64,000 nucleotides of DNA from a virus (lineage: Duplodnaviria; Caudoviricetes), in the IMG/VR virus record IMGVR_UViG_2885593961_000002, positions 14,432 to 78,431 of that record, one strand, 5' to 3'. Shown here in pieces: positions 45,530-55,487 of the stretch (its first letter is position 1; each line of letters begins with the position of its first letter). The notes below the pieces were generated by a model that saw only the letters and a list, made by a program, of their open reading frames with translations, did no database searches and was not told the origin of the DNA. The translations under genes and the position numbers were made by a program.

Positions 45530-45922
45530 ATGGCAACGTCACTCACTTTCGATTTCCCGAATCATCTGGTCGAAGAAAAGTACCCCGAGTCTGGCACGCG
45601 TATCCAGCTCGGGAATTCGTATGTCTTCGCAACACCCCCCACCGCTCCGGAACAACGCACGTTCGTTCTCTCCTTTGAAACGATGTGGCGCGGTATCAAC
45701 GCGGACGGCACCGTGGACACCACCACGAATCCGCTCAACAACATGGGTCTTCTGAAAGAGTTCTACGAAACGTACAGACTCTACAAGACATTTCAGTATA
45801 AGCACCCCTGGCTGGGGATCTTGAATGTCCGTTTCAGCAAGCCTCTCGAAATGCCGAAGGGTAAGAAAGGGGCCGACGGGTGGTCTGAGTCATTCAGCAT
45901 CGAGTTTGTGGAGATGCCGTGA
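45530..45922 (+). CDS. distal tail protein (lambda gpM-like)
   Basis: 130 aa after the tape measure gene. Confidence 0.7.
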   Translation: MATSLTFDFPNHLVEEKYPESGTRIQLGNSYVFATPPTAPEQRTFVLSFETMWRGINADGTVDTTTNPLNNMGLLKEFYETYRLYKTFQYKHPWLGILNVRFSKPLEMPKGKKGADGWSESFSIEFVEMP

Positions 45923-46413
45923 GAGCCGATCTTCCTGATACCCATGTCTCCCAATCCTTCGAGTTGTCAGCCGATGGATTGGTCGACCTATTCAAGCTCG
46001 AACTCAACAGCATCTCAGGCGGTACGGTTCTTTGTATGACGGCCAAGAATCAAGTCACCTGGCAAGGCATGGTATTCGAGTCCATTCCGATCACCCTCGC
46101 CGGCGAGGGTGTTCGCACGGACGGCCAGTGGAATCGACCGAAGCTTACAGTTGCCAACCCTGACGGCATTTTCTCGGCGTTCATTGCACAGGGCAAGACC
46201 GACAGCGCAACAGTGACACGCTACCGCTGCCATCTTGAGGACGTAAAAAACAATGTCGGCCGATATCAAATCAACATCTGGCGTGTTTCGAAGACTTTGA
46301 GCATGAGCAATTCAATGGCGACGTTCGAACTGCGCACCCCACTCGACGGACAGATGTTCTATCTGCCGGCGCGTGCCTTCTACCCCCCGGAGTTCCCACA
46401 TGTCTCTCTATGA
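45919..46413 (+). CDS. minor tail protein (lambda gpL-like, short)
   Basis: LVDLFKL, F.SIPI...G, PKLTVANPDG, ATVTR, FELRTPLD. Confidence 0.8.
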   Translation: MRADLPDTHVSQSFELSADGLVDLFKLELNSISGGTVLCMTAKNQVTWQGMVFESIPITLAGEGVRTDGQWNRPKLTVANPDGIFSAFIAQGKTDSATVTRYRCHLEDVKNNVGRYQINIWRVSKTLSMSNSMATFELRTPLDGQMFYLPARAFYPPEFPHVSL

Positions 46414-46942
46414 AAAATACATTGAAGGGTTCGAGGGAATCCCATATGTGGAAGGCCGCGATGATTGCTACGGCCTCGTGCGCAGATGGCTGAACAAGAC
46501 ATATGGAATGAAGCTGACGAACTACGCTCGGCCGTGTGCCTGGGAAAACGATGGCTTCAATTTGCTTGGTGACTACTTCAACCGTGAGGGGTTCGTACTC
46601 GTCAACACGCCGTTGAATCGCTTGCAGATCGGCGACCTGTTGATGATGCACGTCGCCAGCAGGACAGGCATCTCGAACCACATCGGCGTCTACGTCGGCA
46701 ACCAGTACGTATTGCATCACCTGTATGGACAGGTATCGAAAGCCGACCCTCTGAACGATCGATGGAAGAACCGCATCCTCGATGTCATCCGGCATCCGGA
46801 CATCGCAGCCAAGAATCAGGAGCAAACAGAGTCCGTCGACTTCATGACCCTGTTGCCACCCCACTTGAGAGAGAAGTATGAACGACGACTTGTTGAGACT
46901 CTGGACTCCCCTGACCGAACGGTGCGGCTTCCTCCTAAATGA
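46400..46942 (+). CDS. NlpC/P60 tail-tip protein (gpK C-terminal half)
   Basis: PYVEGRDDCYGLVRRW, GDLLMM, NHIGVYVGNQYVLHH. Confidence 0.88.
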   Translation: MSLYEKYIEGFEGIPYVEGRDDCYGLVRRWLNKTYGMKLTNYARPCAWENDGFNLLGDYFNREGFVLVNTPLNRLQIGDLLMMHVASRTGISNHIGVYVGNQYVLHHLYGQVSKADPLNDRWKNRILDVIRHPDIAAKNQEQTESVDFMTLLPPHLREKYERRLVETLDSPDRTVRLPPK

Positions 46943-47246
46943 CGGGTCGATCGTCGAGTGCCAAAACGTCCATGAGCAACCCGAAATAGGCTTTGAAATT
47001 ACCCCCGCGTCTATCCGACAATACGAGGATCAAATTGCTGCCACATGGCACACGCATCCGCGCACGGGGCCTAACCTATCTGCTGAGGACTACCGTGCAT
47101 TTCAGGCGTGGCCAAGGTGGTTCCACTACATCATTGGCGAGCACGATGTTTGGTGCTACTACGTCAGAAACAACGCGGTGATTCTGCTCGATGAAGACGA
47201 TCTATCTGCATGGCTCCCTGAAGGAACTGCACCCGGAACCGATTAA
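46878..47246 (+). CDS. JAB/MPN domain protein (gpK N-terminal half)
   Basis: ERCGFLL...WHTHP..GPNLSAED. Confidence 0.88.
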   Translation: MNDDLLRLWTPLTERCGFLLNDGSIVECQNVHEQPEIGFEITPASIRQYEDQIAATWHTHPRTGPNLSAEDYRAFQAWPRWFHYIIGEHDVWCYYVRNNAVILLDEDDLSAWLPEGTAPGTD

Positions 47247-47820
47247 AGTTCATGCCACCACTGCTGCTGAAGCGCTGACGGTGCTGAAGCAGCTCCCCGG
47301 CTTTGATGCGGAGAACCCCATCGACGTGCGCGTCGACGGCTTCGATTGCCGTGACGCGCTATTCGTCCAGACCGAGAAGACGGAGCTGCACGTCTACCCT
47401 GCCCTGCGTGGCGCGGGCGGCAACGGCGGCTTCCTACAGATCCTGATTGGGGCCGTCATGGTCGTGGTCGGCGCGGTCCTATGGTGGACCGGTCCAGCAG
47501 GGGCCACGATGGCTCAGGTAGGCATCGGCATGATGATGGGGGGCGCGATGATGATGCTTGGCGGGATCATTTCAATGCTCGCCCCACAACCTAAGCTGGG
47601 AACAGGTTCAGCGACGAACTCTAGCTTGATTATCCCTGCCAGCCAGAACACCGTGAAAATCGGAACTCGACTACCCCTCCTGTTCGGCCGCGTGAAACAT
47701 TTCGGGCACTACCTGTCGTTCAACGTCGACGCGAAGCGGTACGACGATTCCAACATGGTCCTTGGTGGCTACTGCAACCAGAACGGGGACGGTCAGGCAC
47801 TCCACTGCGTGCTCGCATAA
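47191..47820 (+). CDS. tail assembly protein (lambda gpI-like)
   Basis: IYLHGSL..., TAAEAL, LHVYPALRGAGG, hydrophobic Gly-rich segment, LPLLFGR. Confidence 0.85.
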   Translation: MKTIYLHGSLKELHPEPIKVHATTAAEALTVLKQLPGFDAENPIDVRVDGFDCRDALFVQTEKTELHVYPALRGAGGNGGFLQILIGAVMVVVGAVLWWTGPAGATMAQVGIGMMMGGAMMMLGGIISMLAPQPKLGTGSATNSSLIIPASQNTVKIGTRLPLLFGRVKHFGHYLSFNVDAKRYDDSNMVLGGYCNQNGDGQALHCVLA

Positions 47821-47832
47821 CGAAACCAAATA

Positions 47833-50800
47833 ATGATTGTCGAAGAAGAACGCCCTATCCAGAGCATCCGTGGCGCGAGCGGCGGTGGCTCCAGCTCGCC
47901 CACGCGAACGGACGACAACCTGTTTTCCCGAGACGTCGTCGAGATCGTCCTTGGACTTTCTCAAGGCCCGATTCGAGGACTGGTCGACGGCATGAAGACC
48001 TTCTACGTCGGCGGGACGCCTCTCATGTCGCAGGACGGATCGCTGAACTTCAGCTCGTTCAATCTCGGCGTCAAGCTCGGCACCGCGCACGACTCTCCGG
48101 TCAACTACGTCCTTGGGGGCGAAAGCTCGAACACCCAGGTCGGCACGCGGCTATTTCAAGGGACGTGGGTCAACCGACAGACCGACCAGTCGTTGAAAGG
48201 CGTGATCGACCAACTGCAAGTACGAATGCAGTTCAATGTCCTCTACGTTCAGAACAACGACGGCTCCTTCAACAACACGGCGCGCTTCCGAATCCAGTAT
48301 CGTCCAGCGTCCAGCTACGCCGCGTGGTCAGAGGTTCAGGGCGGATTGATCAAGGTTACCGGCAAGACCACGAGCGGCTACATGGTCGACTACTCGTGGG
48401 ACGTACCTCGTATCAACGACAACTGGGTAATTCGGGTACTGAAGGAGAATCCGGACGCCAGTACGACGGAGTTCTGCGACCTGACCTGGGAAAGCTTCCA
48501 GATGGTCACGAAAGGGAACCGCTCGTACAACCAAGTCGCGCTCCTGCATCTGGTCGCCAAGGCGACGAGCCAGTTCAGCTCGATCCCCGACTTCGCTGGC
48601 ATCTACGACGGGCTGGAAATCCTCGTGCCGACGAACTACAACGGCGACATGCACTCGTACGACGCGAGCGGCCCGTGGAACGGGACATTCAAGCTCGCGT
48701 GGACGAACAACCCGGCGTGGATTCTGTACAACCTCATCATGAACCCCACATGGGGTCTCGCGAAATATTACCCGTGGATCACCTGCAACCGCTTCGATTT
48801 CTATGATGCGGGGCGCTGGTGTGACGAGATGGTCCCTGACGGTCGCGGTGGCTGGCAACCGCGCTACACTTTCAACCTCGCTCTGACCGACCAGCAGACC
48901 GGCCTTGACATGCTGCGATACGTCGCCGGCAGCTTTGGTGCGGTCATCTTCGACGACGCAACAGGCATGGTTCACCTCCGCGTCGACAAGTGGGAAGAAC
49001 CTACCTTGATGTTCACGCCCGAGAACGTGACGCCGGAAGGCTTCAGCTACACGTTCACGGACATGTCGACACGCTACAACGACTACGAGGTCCAGTTCGT
49101 CAACCCTGACATTGACTGGAACGTCGACCATCGGCGTGTCCCATATGACGAGCACATCGCGCTCAACGGCAGCATTCCCTATCAGTTTCAGGCGATCGGC
49201 TGCACGAACGAGCACGAAGCCGTTCGCCGCGCCACTTATCAGCTGATCACGTCGACCACTGAGTGTGCGACCGTATCGTTCATGACCGCGCGCCTTGGCC
49301 GCGTCATCGACCCTTACAAGCCGATCTACGTCGCCGACCCGATCACCGGCTGGTCGTCGGGCGGTCGCATTAAGTCCATCTTCAACAACAAGATCTATCT
49401 GCGCGACCCGGTCTACTTTACGATCAACCAAAACTACAACCTTCGGCTTCAGTCTGTCGACGGATTGTGGAACCTCGTCGTGAACCCCGGCAAGACCGGG
49501 GCCGTGACTGAGTTGACGATCGTGAGCGGCGTCATTCCGCCGAACATTCCGGATCGCACGGTTTTCACGATCGAGGACAACGGTGGATTTGGGATTGCGA
49601 AACCCTTTCGTACGATCGCGATCGAGCCAGTTGACAATCAACCTGACACCTACAAGGTTACGGCTGTCGAGGTCAACGTCAACAAGCAAGCAGCAGCGGA
49701 CAACTGCGTGCCGATCGGCAGCAAGCAGTATTCGTTCAAAAACCCGCTGATCCCACCCCCGCCGACGAACATGGTCATGGCCTCCGGGACGGAGCAACTG
49801 ATCATCGGTCAGGACGGCTCGATTCAAGCGCGCATCCTCGTATCGTGGGACCCACCTGCAAACGCGATCGTCAAGCGCTACGACGTGCAGTGGAAAGAGA
49901 GTTCTCAGTCGACATGGCTCACTGCGAGCACGACGGGTGAAAGCATTTTCCTCGGCCCTTGCAAGAGCGGCGTCGACTACGACATCACGGTGTGGGCAAT
50001 TAGCACGTTCGACTACCGCAGCTCGCAACTGTCCGCGTGGAACTATCGATGCGTCGGTAAGGATGATCCGCCGAGCAACGTGACGAACTTCAACGTGATC
50101 CGTCGTCAGAACGACATTCTGCTGAAGTGGGACCCCATCCCTGATCTCGACCGCGCTGGTTATGAGATCCGCCTTGGCACATCGTGGGAGACCGGAACTG
50201 TTCTCGTGACCGACTACGCAGCGACGCAGTTCGCATGGACGACGGATACAGGGGGGGCATACTCCTTCATGATCCGAGCCATCGACACGAGCCACAACTT
50301 CTCGCCGATTCCGACGATCCAGACCATCGCGTTGTATGGTCCCTCCTCCGTGCGCGGCGTCATCGCTGTTCAGTCGGCGAACCGGATTGAGATGAGCTGG
50401 AAGCCGAACCCGGAAGACAACATCCTCGACTACGAGATCCGTGAAGGCGACACCTGGGCCACTGCGGTGTTCGTAGCGAAGACGAAATCTACAAGCTTTG
50501 GTCTTACAGCCGGCGCAGGTGGTACGCGCAAGTTCTGGCTGAAGTCGATCGCCGCGCCGGGCATCTATTCGGACAAGGCAACGTTCGTCACGACCGACGT
50601 CGCGCAACTCGACAACACAAACATTGTGTACGAGTCGGACGAACTGTCGAAAGGTTTCACCGGCATGCGGTACAACATGGTGGTCTACGGCGACTCTCTG
50701 CGGATGGACGACGGCAAAGCGAAGGCTGAGTACATTTTCAGCGTGTCGCTTCCGACGAGCTTCCGCGCGCAGAATACGCTCTTCATCGGTCTCGATGCGA

Positions 50801-51438
50801 TTGTCGACTTCACTATGCGCTGGAAGGATGCAACCTTCCCGTGGGACGACGCCAAGGCACAGATGCCGTGGGCTGCGGAGGGCGACATCTCGTCGATCAA
50901 CTACCGCGCCGAGATTGCAACACTCTCGGCTCTACCCGCCGACGTTCTTTATGCGATCAAGCTCGACAACACACTGGGTTTCTCCGGCCCCGGTGAGGAT
51001 GGGGCGGTCTCCGAGCAACAGACGGTTAGCTACCGCGCTGGGAAGTACGGGTCGGGCCTTTTCGTGCAAACCGCACCGCTCCAACCGGTCCCGACTCGCG
51101 TCACCTTCGACGTCAATGTCCCGAACGTGTTCTCGACGAGCTTTTGGGTCATCCCGTACGACAACAACGACGACACATGGTCTAGCTTCTGCGGGAGAAA
51201 TGGCGCGCAAATCACGATCGGCTATCAAGCATCGACGATGAGTGTCTACGCGATCGACAACAACGGCAAAAAGATCTCCATCCCGATCGATCTTGAAATA
51301 GGCGAACGCTATTTCGTCGCGATTTCGCAGGACACGAACACGCGCACATTGTATGTCGGCCGCGAAGGTGGATCGATATTCCGTGGGACCCTCAACGTCC
51401 AGGGTATCGGCCAAACTATCAACTACAGTCTGTACTGA
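47833..51438 (+). CDS. central tail tip / host-specificity protein (lambda gpJ-like) with Fn3 and C-terminal LamG-like domains
   Basis: LSQGPIRGL, WTNNPAWILY, PRYTFN, IGCTNEHEAVR, Fn3 repeats LKWDP / MSWKPN. Confidence 0.9.
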   Translation: MIVEEERPIQSIRGASGGGSSSPTRTDDNLFSRDVVEIVLGLSQGPIRGLVDGMKTFYVGGTPLMSQDGSLNFSSFNLGVKLGTAHDSPVNYVLGGESSNTQVGTRLFQGTWVNRQTDQSLKGVIDQLQVRMQFNVLYVQNNDGSFNNTARFRIQYRPASSYAAWSEVQGGLIKVTGKTTSGYMVDYSWDVPRINDNWVIRVLKENPDASTTEFCDLTWESFQMVTKGNRSYNQVALLHLVAKATSQFSSIPDFAGIYDGLEILVPTNYNGDMHSYDASGPWNGTFKLAWTNNPAWILYNLIMNPTWGLAKYYPWITCNRFDFYDAGRWCDEMVPDGRGGWQPRYTFNLALTDQQTGLDMLRYVAGSFGAVIFDDATGMVHLRVDKWEEPTLMFTPENVTPEGFSYTFTDMSTRYNDYEVQFVNPDIDWNVDHRRVPYDEHIALNGSIPYQFQAIGCTNEHEAVRRATYQLITSTTECATVSFMTARLGRVIDPYKPIYVADPITGWSSGGRIKSIFNNKIYLRDPVYFTINQNYNLRLQSVDGLWNLVVNPGKTGAVTELTIVSGVIPPNIPDRTVFTIEDNGGFGIAKPFRTIAIEPVDNQPDTYKVTAVEVNVNKQAAADNCVPIGSKQYSFKNPLIPPPPTNMVMASGTEQLIIGQDGSIQARILVSWDPPANAIVKRYDVQWKESSQSTWLTASTTGESIFLGPCKSGVDYDITVWAISTFDYRSSQLSAWNYRCVGKDDPPSNVTNFNVIRRQNDILLKWDPIPDLDRAGYEIRLGTSWETGTVLVTDYAATQFAWTTDTGGAYSFMIRAIDTSHNFSPIPTIQTIALYGPSSVRGVIAVQSANRIEMSWKPNPEDNILDYEIREGDTWATAVFVAKTKSTSFGLTAGAGGTRKFWLKSIAAPGIYSDKATFVTTDVAQLDNTNIVYESDELSKGFTGMRYNMVVYGDSLRMDDGKAKAEYIFSVSLPTSFRAQNTLFIGLDAIVDFTMRWKDATFPWDDAKAQMPWAAEGDISSINYRAEIATLSALPADVLYAIKLDNTLGFSGPGEDGAVSEQQTVSYRAGKYGSGLFVQTAPLQPVPTRVTFDVNVPNVFSTSFWVIPYDNNDDTWSSFCGRNGAQITIGYQASTMSVYAIDNNGKKISIPIDLEIGERYFVAISQDTNTRTLYVGREGGSIFRGTLNVQGIGQTINYSLY

Positions 51439-51439
51439 C

Positions 51440-51901
51440 ATGGCACACGTAATTTCCGATATCACCATCTCAAAGAAGGTGCTCGACGACGATGGCTTCC
51501 TCACGCTTCTGACTTCGGACAGCCCTACCGGCTATGCACCATTTCAACCGTTTGTGCAGGGTGACTACGAGTATCAAACTGCCCTCTTCCGCATCTCGAT
51601 GAACTCGACTTCCGGCGACCGGGGTGTGATCAACAAGCTTAGCGTTGTCGTCGACGTTCCGGATATGTTTGACAGCGGTGACAACATCATCGACGGTACG
51701 ACACCGACACGCATATTCTTCTCGCGACCGTTCCACGTACCACCGAAAGTGACGTTGACCGTACAGAGCGCGAGCGACCCATGCACCGCGAAGCTGGTTT
51801 CAGGTTCGATCACACGTACGTATTTCGACTGCTTCCTGGAGCGAGTCTCGGATAAGGCGAAGATCGATGGCGCTTTGACTTGGGCAGCACACGCGTACTG
51901 A
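51440..51901 (+). CDS. tail-tip accessory protein resembling a gpJ C-terminal segment
   Basis: GDYEYQ..LFR, VDVPD, FSRPFHVPPKV, W.AHAY. Confidence 0.7.
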   Translation: MAHVISDITISKKVLDDDGFLTLLTSDSPTGYAPFQPFVQGDYEYQTALFRISMNSTSGDRGVINKLSVVVDVPDMFDSGDNIIDGTTPTRIFFSRPFHVPPKVTLTVQSASDPCTAKLVSGSITRTYFDCFLERVSDKAKIDGALTWAAHAY

Positions 51902-51907
51902 AATCCC

Positions 51908-51936
51908 TTGGGCGCTCTGGCCAGCGCTCGTAAAAT
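51908..51936 (+). promoter_or_regulatory. sigma70-like promoter for the fibre-radical SAM unit
   Basis: TTGGGC-17-TAAAAT. Confidence 0.55.
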
Positions 51937-51962
51937 TCGGTTTGCTAACGGACACCACCACG

Positions 51963-53441
51963 ATGCAGAACTACACACAGATTCCGGAAAGTCAGCGAGT
52001 CTCCGACTCGCTGGCTCCGCTGCTCAACAACGACCTCACAGCGATCTCGCGCAACGCTGGCGACTCATTTCCGATCAACGGTCTTCAGATCGGCATGCCG
52101 TACCTGAGCACGTCGCAGAACAAGCTTTTCCGCCTTGCGAGCCTGACTCCGGTCACGTGGGTGGTCGAGATCGACTACAACCGTACGATCGCCTACCAAG
52201 ATTCGATCGACGCGCTCTCAGCAGCAATTGGCACGCGCGTCTTGAAGAGCGGCGACAACATGACTGGTCCGCTCACCCTCTCCGGAGACCCATCCCAGGC
52301 GTTGCATGCCGCGCCAAAGCGGTACGTTGACGCGCAGGCGCAGGCAGCGACTACCGCAGCGAACAACCGCGTGTTGCGCTCGGGCGACCAGATGAACGGC
52401 CCCCTGACGCTTTCGGGCGACCCGTCACAGCCCTACCACGCCGCGACGAAAAACTACGCCGACTACCTCTACAACTCGCTGAATAACGCCAAGCTCGGCC
52501 GCAACGGCGACACGGTGGCCGAGCTGTATAACAACGGCTGGTTCCGTTCGAACGGTCAGGTAGGCTGGTACAACCAGACGTACGGCGGCGGCATCCACAT
52601 GACTGACAGCAGCTACGTGCGGGTGTATGGAGGCAAAGGGTTCGCGACCGACACACACACGCTCGAACAAGGCACGGGTGGAATCTGGACCTCGCGCTAC
52701 GGGTGGCTGGAAAACTGCTTTGCCGGCAAAGGTGCAGAAGATCGACTCAATTCGGTCGGCACGCTCGACGGTGGCGACGGATGGCGCCCCGGTGGCTGGC
52801 CGTGGGTGCCCAACGGCGTGATCGCGCCTCAGTCCTTCTACCTCCAGCGATCCGGCAATCAGGTCCAGCTCGTCCGTGTTTGGGGCAACTGCAACTGCAA
52901 CTGTGCATGCACGTGCTTCCCAGCCGGCACTCGAATCATGATGGCTGACCGGAGTTGGAAGTACGTCGAACAGATCGAGATTGGCGACATTGTCATGACG
53001 CCGCTTGGGCCGGAAGCCGTGCTCGACGTCGAGACGCCGCTGCTGGGCGATCGAAAGATGATCTCGTTCGAGGATCGTTCATTCTTCTGGACCGACGATC
53101 ACGCGTTTTGGACGCGCCGCGACGGCGTGCAGGCGTTTGGCGTGGTAGACAAACAGTCGTGGTTGCGAGGCGTCGAGACGGGTGTAGTGAAAGGCCTGCC
53201 GAACAATGACGACGTTCGCGTTCTGGATGACCGATGGGATGAGTTCGCCCACATCAACGGCTGGCAACGCAAGCGAGTGGTCGAACACGACATGAATCCC
53301 AACACGAAGGTCTATCTGCCAATCGTCGGCGGATGCCACATGATCATCGCCGAAGGATACGTCGTCTCGGCCGGCGCAAACGGATTCGACTTCGATTACA
53401 ACACTTTCGAATGGAAAGGACTCAGCCATGTTGGTGCATAA
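51963..53441 (+). CDS. tail fibre with Cys-rich NCNCNCACT segment and C-terminal Hint (intein-like) domain
   Basis: Two GDxMxGPLTLSGDP...HAAxKxYxD repeats; WFRS.G..GWY..TYGGGI.M.D...VR fibre segment; CFPAGTRIMMAD...VEQIEIGDIV...TDDHAFW...VYLPIVGGCHMIIAEGYVV. Confidence 0.85.
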   Translation: MQNYTQIPESQRVSDSLAPLLNNDLTAISRNAGDSFPINGLQIGMPYLSTSQNKLFRLASLTPVTWVVEIDYNRTIAYQDSIDALSAAIGTRVLKSGDNMTGPLTLSGDPSQALHAAPKRYVDAQAQAATTAANNRVLRSGDQMNGPLTLSGDPSQPYHAATKNYADYLYNSLNNAKLGRNGDTVAELYNNGWFRSNGQVGWYNQTYGGGIHMTDSSYVRVYGGKGFATDTHTLEQGTGGIWTSRYGWLENCFAGKGAEDRLNSVGTLDGGDGWRPGGWPWVPNGVIAPQSFYLQRSGNQVQLVRVWGNCNCNCACTCFPAGTRIMMADRSWKYVEQIEIGDIVMTPLGPEAVLDVETPLLGDRKMISFEDRSFFWTDDHAFWTRRDGVQAFGVVDKQSWLRGVETGVVKGLPNNDDVRVLDDRWDEFAHINGWQRKRVVEHDMNPNTKVYLPIVGGCHMIIAEGYVVSAGANGFDFDYNTFEWKGLSHVGA

Positions 53442-54138
53442 GGTACTCATCCCCGACGATCTGACGGATGAGCAGCGCGCCCAAGCGTACGGCATCGTCA
53501 CTGTCATCCCAACACCTACCGGTTTCACTATGCAGTCGACGGACCTGAGCCTCTACTGGCAGTTCGACTTGAACAAAGTGGAGCACGGTAATGACGTCCT
53601 GCATCTCGTGCGTGCTCGCAACGGACAGTACGTAGTCGTGTGGGGCAGCGACATCCACGAGTCAAAGGACAGCCTGTCGTCCGCTCTTCTTCGAAAGAAC
53701 ATTGATTCTTTTATGCCGCTCGTTCTCGTCGGTATCAACGAAGAGATGAACGCCTACACGGCGGTATTCTTTTGCCACACTGTCGAGCCGGCCAATTCAG
53801 CGCCAACCGTGGATCTGTCGGATGAAAGCGGCGACATGGTCCTAAAGCGGCTCATGCCGGCAATTGCGCCCGTTATCGACCGCTGGCATGCGAAACACAA
53901 GCTGCTGAAAGACATCAAGACAAACGACGCGCTTGCCGCACTGGAAGCGCAGGTGGATCTGCTCACCGAGTTGCTATTTTCGATCCTGCCGGCCGACGCA
54001 TTTCCATCTGATAAACGACAGAAACTCCTTGACGCTGGTGTGCTGAAAATGAAGGATGGGGACCTCGCTTTCAACGACATGGTCGCCTTCAAGACGACGC
54101 TCCGCGCGCGGCAGGCGACGTACCTAGCCACCAGATGA
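53428..54138 (+). CDS. accessory protein, possible fibre chaperone or maturase partner
   Basis: Overlaps both neighbours; C-terminal NDALAALEAQVDLLTELL helix. Confidence 0.7.
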   Translation: MLVHKVLIPDDLTDEQRAQAYGIVTVIPTPTGFTMQSTDLSLYWQFDLNKVEHGNDVLHLVRARNGQYVVVWGSDIHESKDSLSSALLRKNIDSFMPLVLVGINEEMNAYTAVFFCHTVEPANSAPTVDLSDESGDMVLKRLMPAIAPVIDRWHAKHKLLKDIKTNDALAALEAQVDLLTELLFSILPADAFPSDKRQKLLDAGVLKMKDGDLAFNDMVAFKTTLRARQATYLATR

Positions 54139-55487
54139 CCACCTTCCGCCTGAAGACGGTCGACGCCTCCGGAGTCGGCCGTGACTTTTTCTACAACAAC
54201 CAACGAAGCACCCTCACCGACCAGCGTGGTTGCGACGTCGTGTCCGAGCGTCCGAGCGAGCCGCGCGCGCCGGCCGCGCCCCCTGGGCGTAAAGACCGCG
54301 TTGTTCGCACGCTGAAGATCCAGCTCGGCCTGTCGTGCAACTACAGCTGCGAATACTGCTCGCAACGATTCGTGCCGCACGCGGACCAAGCCAACCCCGG
54401 CGACGTCGACGTGTTCATGTCCCATCTCACGGCAAACTGCTATCTCACCGAGGACGCGACGGTCGAGTTTTGGGGTGGCGAGCCAATGGTGTACTGGAAG
54501 ACGCTGAAACCGCTCGCTGAGCGGCTGCGGATGCGTTACCCAGGCGTCACCCTTCGGATGATCACGAACGGCTCTCTGATCGATCACATGAAGGCTGGAT
54601 GGCTCATTTCGATGGGGTTCACGGTCGGCATCTCGCACGACGGGCCGGGGCAGAAGGCACGAGGTCAAGACCCCCTCGATAACCCCTTGACGCGGGAAGC
54701 GATCCTGATGCTGTACCAGCGCCTGCGCCCGCTGAACCGGATCTCCTTCAACGCGATGCTGCACAAGGAAAGCACGTCGCGACTCGCGGTGCGCGACTAC
54801 TTCATCAAGCTGACGGGCGACACCGAAGTACCGATCGGAGAAGGCATGTTCGTCGACGCGTACGACGAAGGTGGCCGCTCGATGTCGTTTCACGACACGC
54901 ACGAGCACGTCCGCTACCGCGCTCGCGCCTTCGACGAGCTGAAGAGCGGCAACGCACTCAATTTCGACAGCGTCACGCAGAAAATCGTGGACTTCGGCGA
55001 GTCCGTGGTCACTCGGCGCGAAGCACGCACGCTCGGCCAGAAGTGCGGAAGCGACCGCGCTGACACCCTGACGATGGACCTAAAGGGCAACGTGCTGACG
55101 TGTCAGAACGTGTCGGCGGTAGCGGTTGCGCCGAACGGCCAGCCTCATCTCGCCGGCAACGTTCAGGACATGGACGCAGTCCAGCTCAAGTCCTCGCGCC
55201 ACTGGTCGACCCGCGAACACTGCAACTCGTGCCCCGTGCTTCAGCTCTGCAAAGGTAGCTGCATGTTCCTCGAAGGCGACTTGTGGGATGTCACCTGCGA
55301 GAGCGCGTACAGCGATAACGTCGTATTTATGGCCACGGCTCTCTACGAGCTGACCGGCTGCACACTTCAGCGTATCGAGCCGCTAACCGGCACGCTGCCT
55401 GAGCATCGCCAGATCGTCTTCGGACCTCTGGCCAACAAGCGGACCACCACCCGCAAAATCATTCAGATCAAAACGGAAACACCATGA
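54135..55487 (+). CDS. radical SAM enzyme with SPASM domain
   Basis: CNYSCEYC, EFWGGEP, MITNGSL, ISHDG; SPASM KCG...DLKGNVLTCQN...CNSCPVLQLCKGSC...C. Confidence 0.95.
   Translation: MTTFRLKTVDASGVGRDFFYNNQRSTLTDQRGCDVVSERPSEPRAPAAPPGRKDRVVRTLKIQLGLSCNYSCEYCSQRFVPHADQANPGDVDVFMSHLTANCYLTEDATVEFWGGEPMVYWKTLKPLAERLRMRYPGVTLRMITNGSLIDHMKAGWLISMGFTVGISHDGPGQKARGQDPLDNPLTREAILMLYQRLRPLNRISFNAMLHKESTSRLAVRDYFIKLTGDTEVPIGEGMFVDAYDEGGRSMSFHDTHEHVRYRARAFDELKSGNALNFDSVTQKIVDFGESVVTRREARTLGQKCGSDRADTLTMDLKGNVLTCQNVSAVAVAPNGQPHLAGNVQDMDAVQLKSSRHWSTREHCNSCPVLQLCKGSCMFLEGDLWDVTCESAYSDNVVFMATALYELTGCTLQRIEPLTGTLPEHRQIVFGPLANKRTTTRKIIQIKTETP

Noticed and set aside
48328-50607. 759-aa minus-strand ORF opposite the gpJ-like gene
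   Set aside because: Shadow ORF from high-GC codon bias; no motifs, and fully antisense to a clear gene.
2130-51950. GCTAAC as another leader motif
   Set aside because: Seen before several starts (about 2135, 12605, 19243, 25256, 51944), but some copies are simply AGC-TAA stop contexts, and a 6-mer is too short to support by eye.
51963-53441. Diversity-generating retroelement or shufflon acting on the fibre
   Set aside because: The fibre has a segment resembling shufflon-associated proteins, but there is no reverse transcriptase, template repeat, invertase or inverted cassettes in the window.
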